Translations under genes and position numbers: made by a program
The notes under the pieces: model-generated
Told to the model about the DNA's origin: nothing
The model's database searches: none
What the model saw: the letters and a program-made list of their open reading frames with translations, nothing else
Part shown: positions 8,863 through 18,859 of the stretch, in pieces
Position numbering within the stretch: the stretch's first letter is position 1
Layout: every line of letters starts with the position of its first letter
Virus record (IMG/VR): IMGVR_UViG_3300009873_001322
Span: 3,716-67,715 of that record
Source of the DNA: a virus
Lineage: Duplodnaviria; Caudoviricetes
Direction: 5' to 3' (one strand)
Length of the DNA: 64,000 nucleotides

Positions 8863-9738
8863 GTGCCGAAAATCATTTGTTATATCCCTACTTACTCACC
8901 AAATATCGAAGCCGATATGGAGCATATGCGTCCCTATGTCCGGCTTACTCAGGAAGAAATTAGAGCGAGAATAGCGTCTCCTGACGCTACTGCCAAGCCA
9001 GCTATGTATATGGACGCGATTGACAGCGTTCTCAATGTGCGCCCGGATATTAAACTGGTAGTTGGCGATGGCCGAAGCACCGATTCTATCCGCGAAGAAT
9101 TAAAAAAACACCATCTTGTCAATAAGGCTATGTATGACATCATGCTGTATCCTGAGAAGATGTCGCAATGGCTTATTTTTAACGACGTATTTAAGAATTA
9201 TGCTACTGAGGAAACTGAATACTTTATCTATTCCAGTTCTGATATAATTTGGTATATGGATTGGGTAGCGGAAGCAATAAAATCCTTTGAAAAAGATCCG
9301 ACATTAAAAATACTTTTTCCTTGCGTGAACAAGGGTGATCCGAATCTTCCGTGCCAAGTCGAACCCGGACCGCGCGATTTGGATCCTATAGCCCCTCCCT
9401 TTCAGAGTTATGCCAGGGCACCGTGCCTAAATGCGTATGCCATGATATTCCGTATGGATTTCCTGAGATCTTATGGGGGGTATCCCACGTTGTTCCGTAA
9501 TTGTTTCACTGAATCATTTCTGCATTATATGTGCGAGGCCATGGGTGGTGAAATGCGGCTTTTACCGCGTGGCCATGTTTTTCATCATGGCGAGGGCGAT
9601 AAATGGACGGATAACGGTAGCCCTTATTATTACAATGAAGAGAAATTCTTATTTCACGATATAATGAACCGAGTTTTGATGTTTAAGGCCATGGGGCAAA
9701 TGACCATCGAATTTTTGAAAAAAACTTTATATAAATAG
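8863..9738 (+). CDS. GT-A fold glycosyltransferase (GT2-like)
   Basis: ICYIPTY strand, VVGDGRSTD (typical DGxSTD), FIYSSSDII at the DxD position, VFHHG C-terminal His motif. Confidence 0.7.
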   Translation: MPKIICYIPTYSPNIEADMEHMRPYVRLTQEEIRARIASPDATAKPAMYMDAIDSVLNVRPDIKLVVGDGRSTDSIREELKKHHLVNKAMYDIMLYPEKMSQWLIFNDVFKNYATEETEYFIYSSSDIIWYMDWVAEAIKSFEKDPTLKILFPCVNKGDPNLPCQVEPGPRDLDPIAPPFQSYARAPCLNAYAMIFRMDFLRSYGGYPTLFRNCFTESFLHYMCEAMGGEMRLLPRGHVFHHGEGDKWTDNGSPYYYNEEKFLFHDIMNRVLMFKAMGQMTIEFLKKTLYK

Positions 9739-9753
9739 AAAAGGAAAAAAATT

Positions 9754-10512
9754 ATGGAAGTAAATGTTTCTGATGAAATCCCCCCATCTCCTCCTAAACC
9801 AGAATCTGGTACCCCTATTGATTTTAAGGGAAGAAAGGTGGCTATTGCATTTCCCTCTCCAGATTTTATCGATACAGAGTTCCACAATTCTTTGATTCAG
9901 CTTATTACACAAACTGCGCAATTTATTCCTTTGGGGCTTACTAATGCGGTTAGTTCCAGGATTGCCGCCAATCGCAATATTATCGTAGAAAATGCTCGTC
10001 AATTAGGTGCAACCGAAATTTTATGGATAGACGCAGATTCGGTATTTCCTATTCAGTCACTCATACAGCTTTTAATGCATAACAAGGATATTGTTTGCGC
10101 CGTTACATGCCGTCGTAAAGGAAATGATCGGACACCAGTAGCTGTACCGTTAGATTTTAATTCTATAGAGCCACATCAAAAAATGGTGAAGATGAAGCAT
10201 GTAGGCTTCCCGTTTATGCTTACTAAAATGTCGGTATTCGATAAGTTGGATGAGTTGGGGTTAGCGCCTGACAAATGTTATTTTGCCGAACCTCCGCGCT
10301 GGATGATGGATAAAATTGGATGGTCGCTGCCAAGCACCGACTCATTGGTGGGGGAGGACGAATACTGGTGTCAATTGGTTCTTCGCGCTGGATTTGATAT
10401 TTGGTGCGATATGGAGCTTTCCATGCAGATTGGGCATGTCGGAAGAACAGTATTTTATATTGAAAATCAGGAACCGGTTAATGCCGCAGCCAGAGTGGAT
10501 GAAACACTTTGA
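9754..10512 (+). CDS. GT-A fold glycosyltransferase (phage GT2-like)
   Basis: IAANRNIIV, ILWIDADSVFP (DxD), GEDEYWC, IGHVG motifs. Confidence 0.8.
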   Translation: MEVNVSDEIPPSPPKPESGTPIDFKGRKVAIAFPSPDFIDTEFHNSLIQLITQTAQFIPLGLTNAVSSRIAANRNIIVENARQLGATEILWIDADSVFPIQSLIQLLMHNKDIVCAVTCRRKGNDRTPVAVPLDFNSIEPHQKMVKMKHVGFPFMLTKMSVFDKLDELGLAPDKCYFAEPPRWMMDKIGWSLPSTDSLVGEDEYWCQLVLRAGFDIWCDMELSMQIGHVGRTVFYIENQEPVNAAARVDETL

Positions 10513-11135
10513 TCATTCTTCCCACCAAAGGACGCCCACACAGCCTTGAGCGCTTCATAAAGGCGTATAATGATACCGGTGGCACTCTACCCATATGGGT
10601 TGTGCTCGACGCGAATGACGCCCACCGCTATAACGATATTGAAACCCCTTCTCATTGGCGCAGGATTTCCGTATCGGCTGGCACCAGTCTCGGCGGTATT
10701 TTTGATAAAATATTCAAGAAATACCCCGATGAATCCTATTACGGGATGGTGGCTGATGACGTGTTTCCGGAAACTAAAGGATGGGACGTAACCATGTCCA
10801 CCCTATGTCAGCCCGACAAAATCGTATGGGGATGGGACGGTATACAGAACGAAAGATTGCCGGTGCATCCATTTATCGGAGGCAATCTGGTTAGGAAATT
10901 AGGCTGGTGGGCAGCGCCGGGGCTTAAACACTGGTTCGTGGATAATGTGTGGAAAAATATTGCCGATTCCCTTGGCTGTGGAGTGTACCTCCCGGATGTG
11001 AAAATGACACATTTGCATTACGTTAATGGCGGAGCGCCTGTAGATCGCACCTATCGAGAGCAGCCTGACCATGGGGCGGATGAGCGGGCTTATTTTCAGT
11101 TTATGAAAGAGGAATTCCCTTTGATTGTAAAATAA
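10509..11135 (+). CDS. GT-A fold glycosyltransferase (phage GT2-like)
   Basis: ILPTKGRP, VVLDAND, YGMVADDVFP, HWFVDNVW, MTHLHY motifs; TTG start overlaps the upstream stop. Confidence 0.75.
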   Translation: MIILPTKGRPHSLERFIKAYNDTGGTLPIWVVLDANDAHRYNDIETPSHWRRISVSAGTSLGGIFDKIFKKYPDESYYGMVADDVFPETKGWDVTMSTLCQPDKIVWGWDGIQNERLPVHPFIGGNLVRKLGWWAAPGLKHWFVDNVWKNIADSLGCGVYLPDVKMTHLHYVNGGAPVDRTYREQPDHGADERAYFQFMKEEFPLIVK

Positions 11136-11149
11136 CTTAGTGCTATAAT
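11121..11149 (+). promoter_or_regulatory. Sigma70-type promoter for staple and tail genes
   Basis: TTGATT-N17-TATAAT with extended -10 TG. Confidence 0.6.
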
Positions 11150-11186
11150 GTCGCCAAGCTCTGCACCAAGACAGGGAGAAGACAAA

Positions 11187-11495
11187 ATGCTCAGAAAAAT
11201 GATATCTATGGCTCGTTCCGTTCAGGAACTCAATGAAGCCGCTAATCCATCTCCAATTACTATGTCCCGTTATCCGTGGGGGCTGTCTCTCCGATTCGAT
11301 CAAGAAACGCTTGATAAGCTCAGTCTCGATACTTCCGATGTTGAGGTCGGTGATATGCTACACATGGTTTGTATGGCCGAAGTCACATCTGTTTCAAAAC
11401 ATGATTCCGGTGACGGAGCCAAGTGCTGCGTAGAGCTTACGCTGACGCATATTGGGCTTGAGAACGAGAATACCGAGTATCTTGAGGCTGAATAA
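11187..11495 (+). CDS. Capsid staple protein (epsilon15 gp10-like)
   Basis: YPWGLSLRFDQETLDKL, VGDMLHMVCMAEV pattern; start after GGGAG RBS. Confidence 0.65.
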   Translation: MLRKMISMARSVQELNEAANPSPITMSRYPWGLSLRFDQETLDKLSLDTSDVEVGDMLHMVCMAEVTSVSKHDSGDGAKCCVELTLTHIGLENENTEYLEAE

Positions 11496-11520
11496 GCAGC
11501 TTCTGATAAAGGAGTTGTAA

Positions 11521-12309
11521 ATGGCTACCGGCACCAGTTTGAATATTATCAACCGATCACTTTTAGCGATCGGCTCCCAAGCCCAGGTTTCCTCCCTCAA
11601 TGAAGGCTCTGCGCAAGCCAATGCAGCAGCCACTCTTTATACGCCAACATTTGAACAATTAGCCCGCTCCGCGCCTTGGAATTGCTTACGAAAGGAAGCG
11701 ACTCTGACTCTTCTTGCTGCTGCTGAGGGTACGCCGGAAAATCCCGACGGAGAAACGCTGCCGCTGCCGCCGGTGCCGTGGCTATATCAATACCAGCTTC
11801 CCTCCGATTGTTTGCAGATGCGGTTTATCGTGCCGTCGCTTCCATCGCCAACTGGCGGCGTTCCGCTATTCTCGGTCAACACGGGTGCCCCAACATGGCT
11901 ACCGAACCAAGGACAGATTCCCTATGTGGTTGCTTACGCAACCGATGCTTCCAACAATCCGGTAAGCGTTATTCTTACCAATCAATCATCTGCGATTGCG
12001 GTTTATACCGTGAACCAGCCTAATCCACAGTTCTGGGACTCCCTGTTTCAAGCAGCAATGGTCGCCTCTTTAGCAGCCTATTTCGTGCCTGCCCTTTCCC
12101 TGCATATGCCGTTGATGGACAGGCAGGTAAAACTCGCCGAAGAGATGATACAGCAAGCGAGGGTTAGGGATGGCAACGAGGGCGTCACCTCCATGGATCA
12201 TGTTCCAGATTGGTTGAGGGCGAGGCAAGGGGCCAGCGGAGCCTATTGGCGGAATGGTTACAATGGGGCTGGGTATAATTATCCGAACATGCTCTGGCCG
12301 TCATACTAG
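11521..12309 (+). CDS. Tail tubular protein A / head-tail adaptor
   Basis: IINRSLLAIG, APWNC, YQLPSDCL, AMVASLAAY pattern of the T7 gp11-like family. Confidence 0.85.
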   Translation: MATGTSLNIINRSLLAIGSQAQVSSLNEGSAQANAAATLYTPTFEQLARSAPWNCLRKEATLTLLAAAEGTPENPDGETLPLPPVPWLYQYQLPSDCLQMRFIVPSLPSPTGGVPLFSVNTGAPTWLPNQGQIPYVVAYATDASNNPVSVILTNQSSAIAVYTVNQPNPQFWDSLFQAAMVASLAAYFVPALSLHMPLMDRQVKLAEEMIQQARVRDGNEGVTSMDHVPDWLRARQGASGAYWRNGYNGAGYNYPNMLWPSY

Positions 12310-12321
12310 AAGAGGCAGGAA

Positions 12322-15300
12322 ATGGCGTTCTCTTCGATGCAGCATGGGTTTTCGGCGGGGGAATTCTCTCCGCGCCTATTTGGCCGCAACGATTTAGCCA
12401 AATATGCCATGGGCTGCTCGACTCTCCGCAACTTTTTTGTTGATTATCGGGGTGGGGCATCTTCGCGCGCCGGATGCGCCTATATAGGGATGTGCAAACA
12501 GGGAGCACCAAATAGCGGCGGCACAGCAACCGACAATCCTCCGCGCGATATTCCGTTCCAGTTTAATATCAGCCAAGGGTACGCACTGGAGTTTGGCGAT
12601 GAGTACATGCGCATTAAATCCAATGGTGCATACGTCACCGAAACTGGAAAAAATATAAGTGCTGCGACAGTGGCAAATCCACTCGTTCTCACGATTACTG
12701 CGCACGGCTTCATCAATGGCGATTGGGTTTATATTTCCGGCATGGAAGGGATGACGGAAATCAATGGCCTGACATGGATTGTCGCAGGTGCGGCGACCAA
12801 TACGATCCAGGTGACGAGTTTATTTGATGTTACGGTGAATTCCGCCAACTTCTCGACTTATACGACGGGGGGTACGGCAGCCAGAATCTACACCGTTGAC
12901 GCTCCCTATGCGGCCATTGATTTGCCTTTCGTGAAATACACGCAATCCGCCGATACGATGACGCTGACCTGCGTGAATCAGGATAGCAATACCGAATACC
13001 CATCTTATCAACTTGTGCGGCAAGGGGCAACGGATTGGGTTTTCACGGAAGACTCTTTCGCGTCTTCCGTCAGCGCCCCCACGGCGGTAGCGGTTACGGC
13101 CAATAGCTCGGCGGCAACGACGACTTTTTATAGCTATGTCGTTACGTCAGTAAGCGGGCTTACTGGCGAGGAGAGCGTGGCATCGACGCCTGCCACGGTA
13201 AAAAATAATGATATATCAGTTAATGCCGGTTCCAATGTTATTACATGGACGGGGACTACGGCGGCCACCAGCTATAATATATATTCGGCCATTCCTTCTT
13301 ATAATGCAGCGGTGCCCGTGGGATCGTCATTCGGCTATCTAGGAACGGCGTTTGGCAATCAATTTGTCGATACCAATATTGTCGCGGATTTTACAACGGT
13401 ACCGCCGGTTCATAAAAATCCATTCGCTCGCGGGACTATAGTATCTGTCACTCCTACCAATACCGGAGGCAGTTATACTCAAACTAATGTGGGATACAAT
13501 ATAACCACATCGACCGGTTCCGGGGCGGTAATCGCTCCAGTTGTTACCAACGGAAATGTGGTGGGATATATCGTTCAAAACGGAGGGATGGATTACGTCG
13601 CCAGCGACACCATCACCATTACCAGCAGCGGTTCTGGGCACGATGCAACTGCTATTCTGAATATCGGCCCGCAGAGCGGAACATACCCAGGGACATGTGC
13701 GTATTTCCAACAAAGGCGAGCCTACGCTTTTACGCTGAACCAGCCGGACACTTATTTCATGAGCCAGCCAGGGGCATTCAATAATATGGATTCCTCCATC
13801 CCCACCACTGCTTCTGACTCTATTATCGGCTCTCCCTGGGCGCAGCAAATAAACGGCATACAATTTCTGGTTCCGATGCCTGGTGGTCTGGTTATTCTTA
13901 CCGGTGAGGGGGCATGGCAATTGAGCGGCGGAGGGCAGAATGCGGCTTTAACGCCAATCGATCAGCAAGCAACGCCGCAAGCCTACAATGGTTGCCATTT
14001 CCACATTCCACCGATTGTCGTCAATTATGACATTCTTTATGTGCAGTCCAAGGGAAGCATTGTCCGGGATTTAGCCTATAACTTCTTTGTCAATATTTAC
14101 ACCGGCACGGATATGACGGTGCTTTCCAATCACCTTTTCGACTTCCATCAGCTTCAGCAATGGGACTATGCGGAAGAACCGTTCAAGATTGTTTGGGCAA
14201 CCAGAGATGACGGCGTGATGTTATCGCTTACTTATTTAAAAGAGCAGGACGTTTACGGCTGGGCGCGGCATGATACCAATGGTCTATTCATCGGAGTGTG
14301 CTCGGTGACATATGTCATTACGCGCAGGTATATTGAGGGTGAGGGCGAATGGGTTTATTATTCCGAGCGCATGGATGACCGCAATTGGCTGACTGTAGAG
14401 GATTGTTTTTGTGTGGATGCGGGGCTTTCATTGCCTCTCACGTTCCCTAACGCCATTCTTACGCCAGCCGCCGCGAATGGAACCAACAATATATCGGATC
14501 TTAATATAATTATTGGCGGCAGCGGTTATGTTGCGCCGACTATTCTGGCGTCCGATCCGACCGGACAAGGAACCGGATTTATCGCCACGGTTTCTGTCAC
14601 CGGTGGGGTAATCACGGGATATACAATTACAGATGAGGGCACAAATTATCAGCCGGGAACGGAGATTGTTATTTCCGACTCCACCGGTTCGGGCGCTAAA
14701 ATCGCCCCTATCATAACCAATAATGTGACATTCACCACATCCGCCAGCGTGTTTACCTCTGATAACGAAGGTGATGTCATCCGTATCGGACATAATAACG
14801 TAAGCCCAAGCGGGACTTTTTCCATAACACCGAACGGCGGCGGTAAGGCGGTAATTACGGATTATGTTTCCGGAACGGAAGTGGTTGCCAACATCATCGA
14901 ACCCATCACCAATATCCTTCCCAACGATCCGAATGACACGCCCATTCCGGTGAACCCGGATTACTGGTCACTTTCCACGCCCGTCACCTCCATTAGCGGG
15001 CTGAATCATCTGGAAGGAATGGAAGTGGCTATTCTCGCCGACGGCAGCGTGGTGGCTAACCAGGTGGTTGAGGATGGGGCAATTGAACTCCCCGCTCCGT
15101 ATTCCTCCGTGACCATCGGACTGCCGTTTACCGCGCAGTTGCAAACGCTTTATCTCGATCCGCCATCGTCGATGACGACGCAGGGGAAAAGAAAAAACAT
15201 TCAGGCTGTGACGGTACGAGTACAGAATAGCAGAGGATTATTTGTCGGGACTAACCAACCAGATGCTTCCACGCAGCCTAACGGGCAGACCCCGGAATGG

Positions 15301-15501
15301 ACGGGGCTATATGAGATGAAACAGAGAAATGTAACGCAACCCCCAGGTTCGGCCATTCCGCTTTATACCGGAGATTTACGGGAATTGGTAGGTGGTTCGT
15401 GGCAAAAGCCTGGGCAGATCGCCATTCAATCGCAATTCCCAATCGGATTAAACATACTTGCCATCATCCCTGAATGGCAGATCGGCGATACGCCTGGATA
15501 G
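12322..15501 (+). CDS. Tail tubular protein B / nozzle with FCCH-like inserts
   Basis: FSAGEFSPRL, YFQQRRAY, GWARHDT, GLPFTAQLQTL motifs; 1059 aa. Confidence 0.9.
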   Translation: MAFSSMQHGFSAGEFSPRLFGRNDLAKYAMGCSTLRNFFVDYRGGASSRAGCAYIGMCKQGAPNSGGTATDNPPRDIPFQFNISQGYALEFGDEYMRIKSNGAYVTETGKNISAATVANPLVLTITAHGFINGDWVYISGMEGMTEINGLTWIVAGAATNTIQVTSLFDVTVNSANFSTYTTGGTAARIYTVDAPYAAIDLPFVKYTQSADTMTLTCVNQDSNTEYPSYQLVRQGATDWVFTEDSFASSVSAPTAVAVTANSSAATTTFYSYVVTSVSGLTGEESVASTPATVKNNDISVNAGSNVITWTGTTAATSYNIYSAIPSYNAAVPVGSSFGYLGTAFGNQFVDTNIVADFTTVPPVHKNPFARGTIVSVTPTNTGGSYTQTNVGYNITTSTGSGAVIAPVVTNGNVVGYIVQNGGMDYVASDTITITSSGSGHDATAILNIGPQSGTYPGTCAYFQQRRAYAFTLNQPDTYFMSQPGAFNNMDSSIPTTASDSIIGSPWAQQINGIQFLVPMPGGLVILTGEGAWQLSGGGQNAALTPIDQQATPQAYNGCHFHIPPIVVNYDILYVQSKGSIVRDLAYNFFVNIYTGTDMTVLSNHLFDFHQLQQWDYAEEPFKIVWATRDDGVMLSLTYLKEQDVYGWARHDTNGLFIGVCSVTYVITRRYIEGEGEWVYYSERMDDRNWLTVEDCFCVDAGLSLPLTFPNAILTPAAANGTNNISDLNIIIGGSGYVAPTILASDPTGQGTGFIATVSVTGGVITGYTITDEGTNYQPGTEIVISDSTGSGAKIAPIITNNVTFTTSASVFTSDNEGDVIRIGHNNVSPSGTFSITPNGGGKAVITDYVSGTEVVANIIEPITNILPNDPNDTPIPVNPDYWSLSTPVTSISGLNHLEGMEVAILADGSVVANQVVEDGAIELPAPYSSVTIGLPFTAQLQTLYLDPPSSMTTQGKRKNIQAVTVRVQNSRGLFVGTNQPDASTQPNGQTPEWTGLYEMKQRNVTQPPGSAIPLYTGDLRELVGGSWQKPGQIAIQSQFPIGLNILAIIPEWQIGDTPG

Positions 15502-15505
15502 AATT

Positions 15506-16000
15506 ATGAGCGAAGTCTACAAAATAGAAATTGAAGAACCGATGCCGCAAGAGCCAGTGATAACGGTTTCCGACACTCTCCCGGAGCATGTCCGATCTCT
15601 GGGGGGTAATTTACGCGAGCGCGATATTGATGCTGCCTCTAAATTTAAGATTCCGCCTCACCGCGCATTGTGGAGGATATATAAGCGTTCACTGATAAGC
15701 AAAACGGTTTTTGTCAATGGTAAAGTAGTGGCGATTTTTGGGCTTGGCGGCACGTTTCTTGGAAAAAACGGCAATCCTTGGTTTGTCGCCTCTCCGATGG
15801 TAGAGGATTATCCGATGAAATTGGCATTCCGTTATCGCTCGGAATTGAAGAATATGTTAAAGTATTTCCCGATATTAGAAGATTGGGTGGATGCCAAAGA
15901 TAAAAAAACCATTCGCTTGCTGGAGATTTTGGGATTTAAGTTTATGGAAGAAAAGATGGTGAATGATGTGATATTCAAAAAAGCAGTGTTGGAGAAATAA
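15506..16000 (+). CDS. Acetyltransferase-like virion assembly protein (T7 gp13-like)
   Basis: GNPWFVAS, LEDWVD, RLLEILGF motifs; position after the nozzle gene. Confidence 0.65.
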   Translation: MSEVYKIEIEEPMPQEPVITVSDTLPEHVRSLGGNLRERDIDAASKFKIPPHRALWRIYKRSLISKTVFVNGKVVAIFGLGGTFLGKNGNPWFVASPMVEDYPMKLAFRYRSELKNMLKYFPILEDWVDAKDKKTIRLLEILGFKFMEEKMVNDVIFKKAVLEK

Positions 16001-16001
16001 T

Positions 16002-16565
16002 ATGGGAATTACAGCGATTCTAACGGCAGCCAGCGTTGGGATGCAGGCGCTTGGCTCCATCCAGCAGGGTAAAGCGGCGGCGGCATCCGCTAAATACAAC
16101 GCACAGGTGCAGCAAAACAATGCAGAAATTGCCCGGCGGAATGCCCAGATGGCTATAGAAAAGGGCAATGCTGCCGCATCAGCCGAGCAACAAAAAACAC
16201 GAGCCAATGTAGGGGCGATAAAAGCAGCGCAGGCCGCGTCCGGAGTGGATGTAGGTTCTGAATCCGCCGTCGATGTGCGCTCCAGCGCCGCCGAGCTTGG
16301 CATGTTAAACACTATCAGCATCCGCAGCAACGCCGCCCGCGAGGCATATGGCTACCAAACTAGGGAGTTAGATGCGCTCTCCCAATCGCAACTCGACACC
16401 GCTCAGGGTAAATCTGCCAAACAGGCAGGATATATGGATGCTGGTGGAACCATTCTTGGCGGGGCCAAGCCGATTAAAGATGCTTGGGGTGATTATAATA
16501 ATAGTAAGAGCTTATTTCCGTGGCAGCAGCCAGGGAATGTAAACCCAGCGGGCGGGTATTATTAA
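16002..16565 (+). CDS. Internal virion/ejection protein (gp14-like)
   Basis: Ala/Gln-rich, ASGVDVGSES motif; position. Confidence 0.75.
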   Translation: MGITAILTAASVGMQALGSIQQGKAAAASAKYNAQVQQNNAEIARRNAQMAIEKGNAAASAEQQKTRANVGAIKAAQAASGVDVGSESAVDVRSSAAELGMLNTISIRSNAAREAYGYQTRELDALSQSQLDTAQGKSAKQAGYMDAGGTILGGAKPIKDAWGDYNNSKSLFPWQQPGNVNPAGGYY

Positions 16566-18859
16566 TGGCTGATGTCCCTTACACCCCCTATCCTACCGTT
16601 GAAAACACGGGAAATCTAGGCCCAGGATTTGGCGTTCGGGCGACGCCGGAAGACGCCGGAGCCGGTGTTGGCAGAGCTATGCAGAGAACTGGGAAAATCG
16701 CCCAGGATCTGACAGCGCAATATATGAAAGAGGCATCGGAGGCGAAGGCCAACGATATTCTTGCTAACCAATGGGCACCGACGATGGCCAAGATGCGCGT
16801 CGATTACGATAGCTTGCAGGGGCCGGATAAGGTTCATGGGTATCAAGCCTATCTGGATGGGCTTAAAAATTTCCAGAAGGAAATTACCGAGAAAGAAGGC
16901 AATTCTTATACTAAAAATTTGATTCAAGATTACACCACTAAACAGATTGTTGACCAAACCAAAAGCGCCACCGCCGGTCTGGCGGCATGGCAGAAGCAGT
17001 TTAACAATCAAACCACCAAGGAACTCATCTACGCGCAAAACAGCCATGTTGCCAATAATTACAACAATCCCGAAGTCGTAAAGTCGGTAACGAACGGCAA
17101 CGATGCGCTTATCACTAAGCAGTTTATCGATAATGGCGTCGATCCCAATACGCCGGAAGGCGCGGCGCAAATACAAGACGCGCAGCGCACGGTAAGGGGC
17201 GAGATGGCCGTTGGCATGATAACCCGCGCCGTGCAAAGCGGAGACATGAGCACGGCTAATTCCCTGCGGGCGGAATATGGAACTGCGATCCCCGGCTACC
17301 AGCAGATTCAGATTGACAACCTTCTCGGCGTTGAAAACCTACGCCAAACCAGCGTTCAGTCTGTCCAAGCGTTAAAAAGCGGCAATCCGTTGCCGCAGCC
17401 CATGGGCCTGCCTCCGGTTAAGATACAGGCATCTCTGGCGAGAACGGCGCAGTTGGAAGGCGTTGACCCCAATACGGCGCTTGCTTATCTAAGCATCGAG
17501 TCATCCAACGGAACCAACCTTGGGAAGCGCGGCACGATATTGCAGGACAAAGAGGGCGGCACTCTGGAAGACCAGATCGCCCGCGCACCGAAGCAGATAC
17601 GGGCGAGTGAGGAGATAGCCGGGAACGCGCTTGGCAGACCCGCATTGCCGTGGGAAGGCTATGTCGTGCACCAGCAAGGCAGCGGCGGCGGTGCGGAACT
17701 CTTAAAAGACAGCCAGAAGCCCTTGGAGCAGCAGGCGCTGGCGATAGACGTTCTGCGGCAGTTCGAGGGCAAGGAGAAGGGCTATAACGCCTATGCCGCC
17801 ATTATAGAGAACGGCGGCAACGCTACGATGACAACTGGACAATTTACTGACTTTATCCGGCAAAAATACGAGAGCCACGCCAAGCGCTCAACCATCCAGC
17901 TCGCCAGCAGCGGTGAGATAATGAATGATGCTGGACAAGCCATCCTCTCCGCCCACGAAGGACGCACACCGCCCCTTCAACCGGCGGCGAATCCTATTCA
18001 GGCGCTGCAAAATTATGAGACGCTGTATCCATTGTACATAGCAAAGGCAAAAGCTATCCCCAATACGGAAGTGCGCAAATCCGTCATCGCGTCCATGGAA
18101 GAGGATTTGCAGAATTATCGGACGGAGGAGGGGGCGTATAAATCCGCTATTCAGCATGAGGCTCAACAGTTGGCGGTAAGGCCAGACTTCACCTCCACCG
18201 ACCAGATACCGGCGGAGCTTAAAGCCAAACTGCTCGATATGCCGGAAACGATGCACATGATGAAGGTAAGGGCTAGAGAAAATCTTAGTGATGGCGGGGG
18301 TGGAATAAGTAAAGACAAGCAAACTTATGGATTGGAATATTTTAATCTTTTCAGAAAATATGCGGATGGAGAAATAACATCGCTTCCTCAACTCTATCCA
18401 TATTTGGATAACGGTTTAACTGTAGCTGGACTCAATCAATTTAAATCAATGATGGATTCGCCGCGCACGCCAGAAGCAAAATCCGAAGCGGAAATGCAAA
18501 AGATATTTTTAGAAAAAGCACGAAAATCACTCGTTCTGTCTGGCCGAGATATAAATGGCTTGGATAAATTTTCTGCCTTTCAAGCGTGGTTTTTCCCCGC
18601 TTACGATAAAGCGAAGTCGGAGGGAAAATCCTCGGATTCATTACTTAACGCTGATTCCCCAGATTATATGGGAAAAGGCATCGCGGCCTTCAAGCGGTCA
18701 ACGGCAGAGAGGTTGAAAGATAGATTGGCTGACCCAATGGAGTATGCGCCCCCGGTTAAGACCGAGGTTGAACTTATAGATGATGTGAAATCTGGGAAAA
18801 TGACAAAAGAACAACATAAGCAGGAACTTATAAAGCGCGGATTAATCAGGGCTGAATAA
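16565..18859 (+). CDS. Internal virion/ejection protein with possible lytic-transglycosylase-like segment
   Basis: 764 aa, helical; ARTAQLEGVDPNTALAYLSIESS resembles SLT motif I; TAATG coupling. Confidence 0.7.
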   Translation: MADVPYTPYPTVENTGNLGPGFGVRATPEDAGAGVGRAMQRTGKIAQDLTAQYMKEASEAKANDILANQWAPTMAKMRVDYDSLQGPDKVHGYQAYLDGLKNFQKEITEKEGNSYTKNLIQDYTTKQIVDQTKSATAGLAAWQKQFNNQTTKELIYAQNSHVANNYNNPEVVKSVTNGNDALITKQFIDNGVDPNTPEGAAQIQDAQRTVRGEMAVGMITRAVQSGDMSTANSLRAEYGTAIPGYQQIQIDNLLGVENLRQTSVQSVQALKSGNPLPQPMGLPPVKIQASLARTAQLEGVDPNTALAYLSIESSNGTNLGKRGTILQDKEGGTLEDQIARAPKQIRASEEIAGNALGRPALPWEGYVVHQQGSGGGAELLKDSQKPLEQQALAIDVLRQFEGKEKGYNAYAAIIENGGNATMTTGQFTDFIRQKYESHAKRSTIQLASSGEIMNDAGQAILSAHEGRTPPLQPAANPIQALQNYETLYPLYIAKAKAIPNTEVRKSVIASMEEDLQNYRTEEGAYKSAIQHEAQQLAVRPDFTSTDQIPAELKAKLLDMPETMHMMKVRARENLSDGGGGISKDKQTYGLEYFNLFRKYADGEITSLPQLYPYLDNGLTVAGLNQFKSMMDSPRTPEAKSEAEMQKIFLEKARKSLVLSGRDINGLDKFSAFQAWFFPAYDKAKSEGKSSDSLLNADSPDYMGKGIAAFKRSTAERLKDRLADPMEYAPPVKTEVELIDDVKSGKMTKEQHKQELIKRGLIRAE

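Noticed and set aside
335-11135. DNA hypermodification (glycosylated bases) as the purpose of the sugar genes
   Set aside because: No dCMP/dUMP hydroxymethylase, TET/JBP, phage DNA polymerase or T4 BGT-like GT-B gene in the window; GTs lie with capsid genes. Not fully excluded
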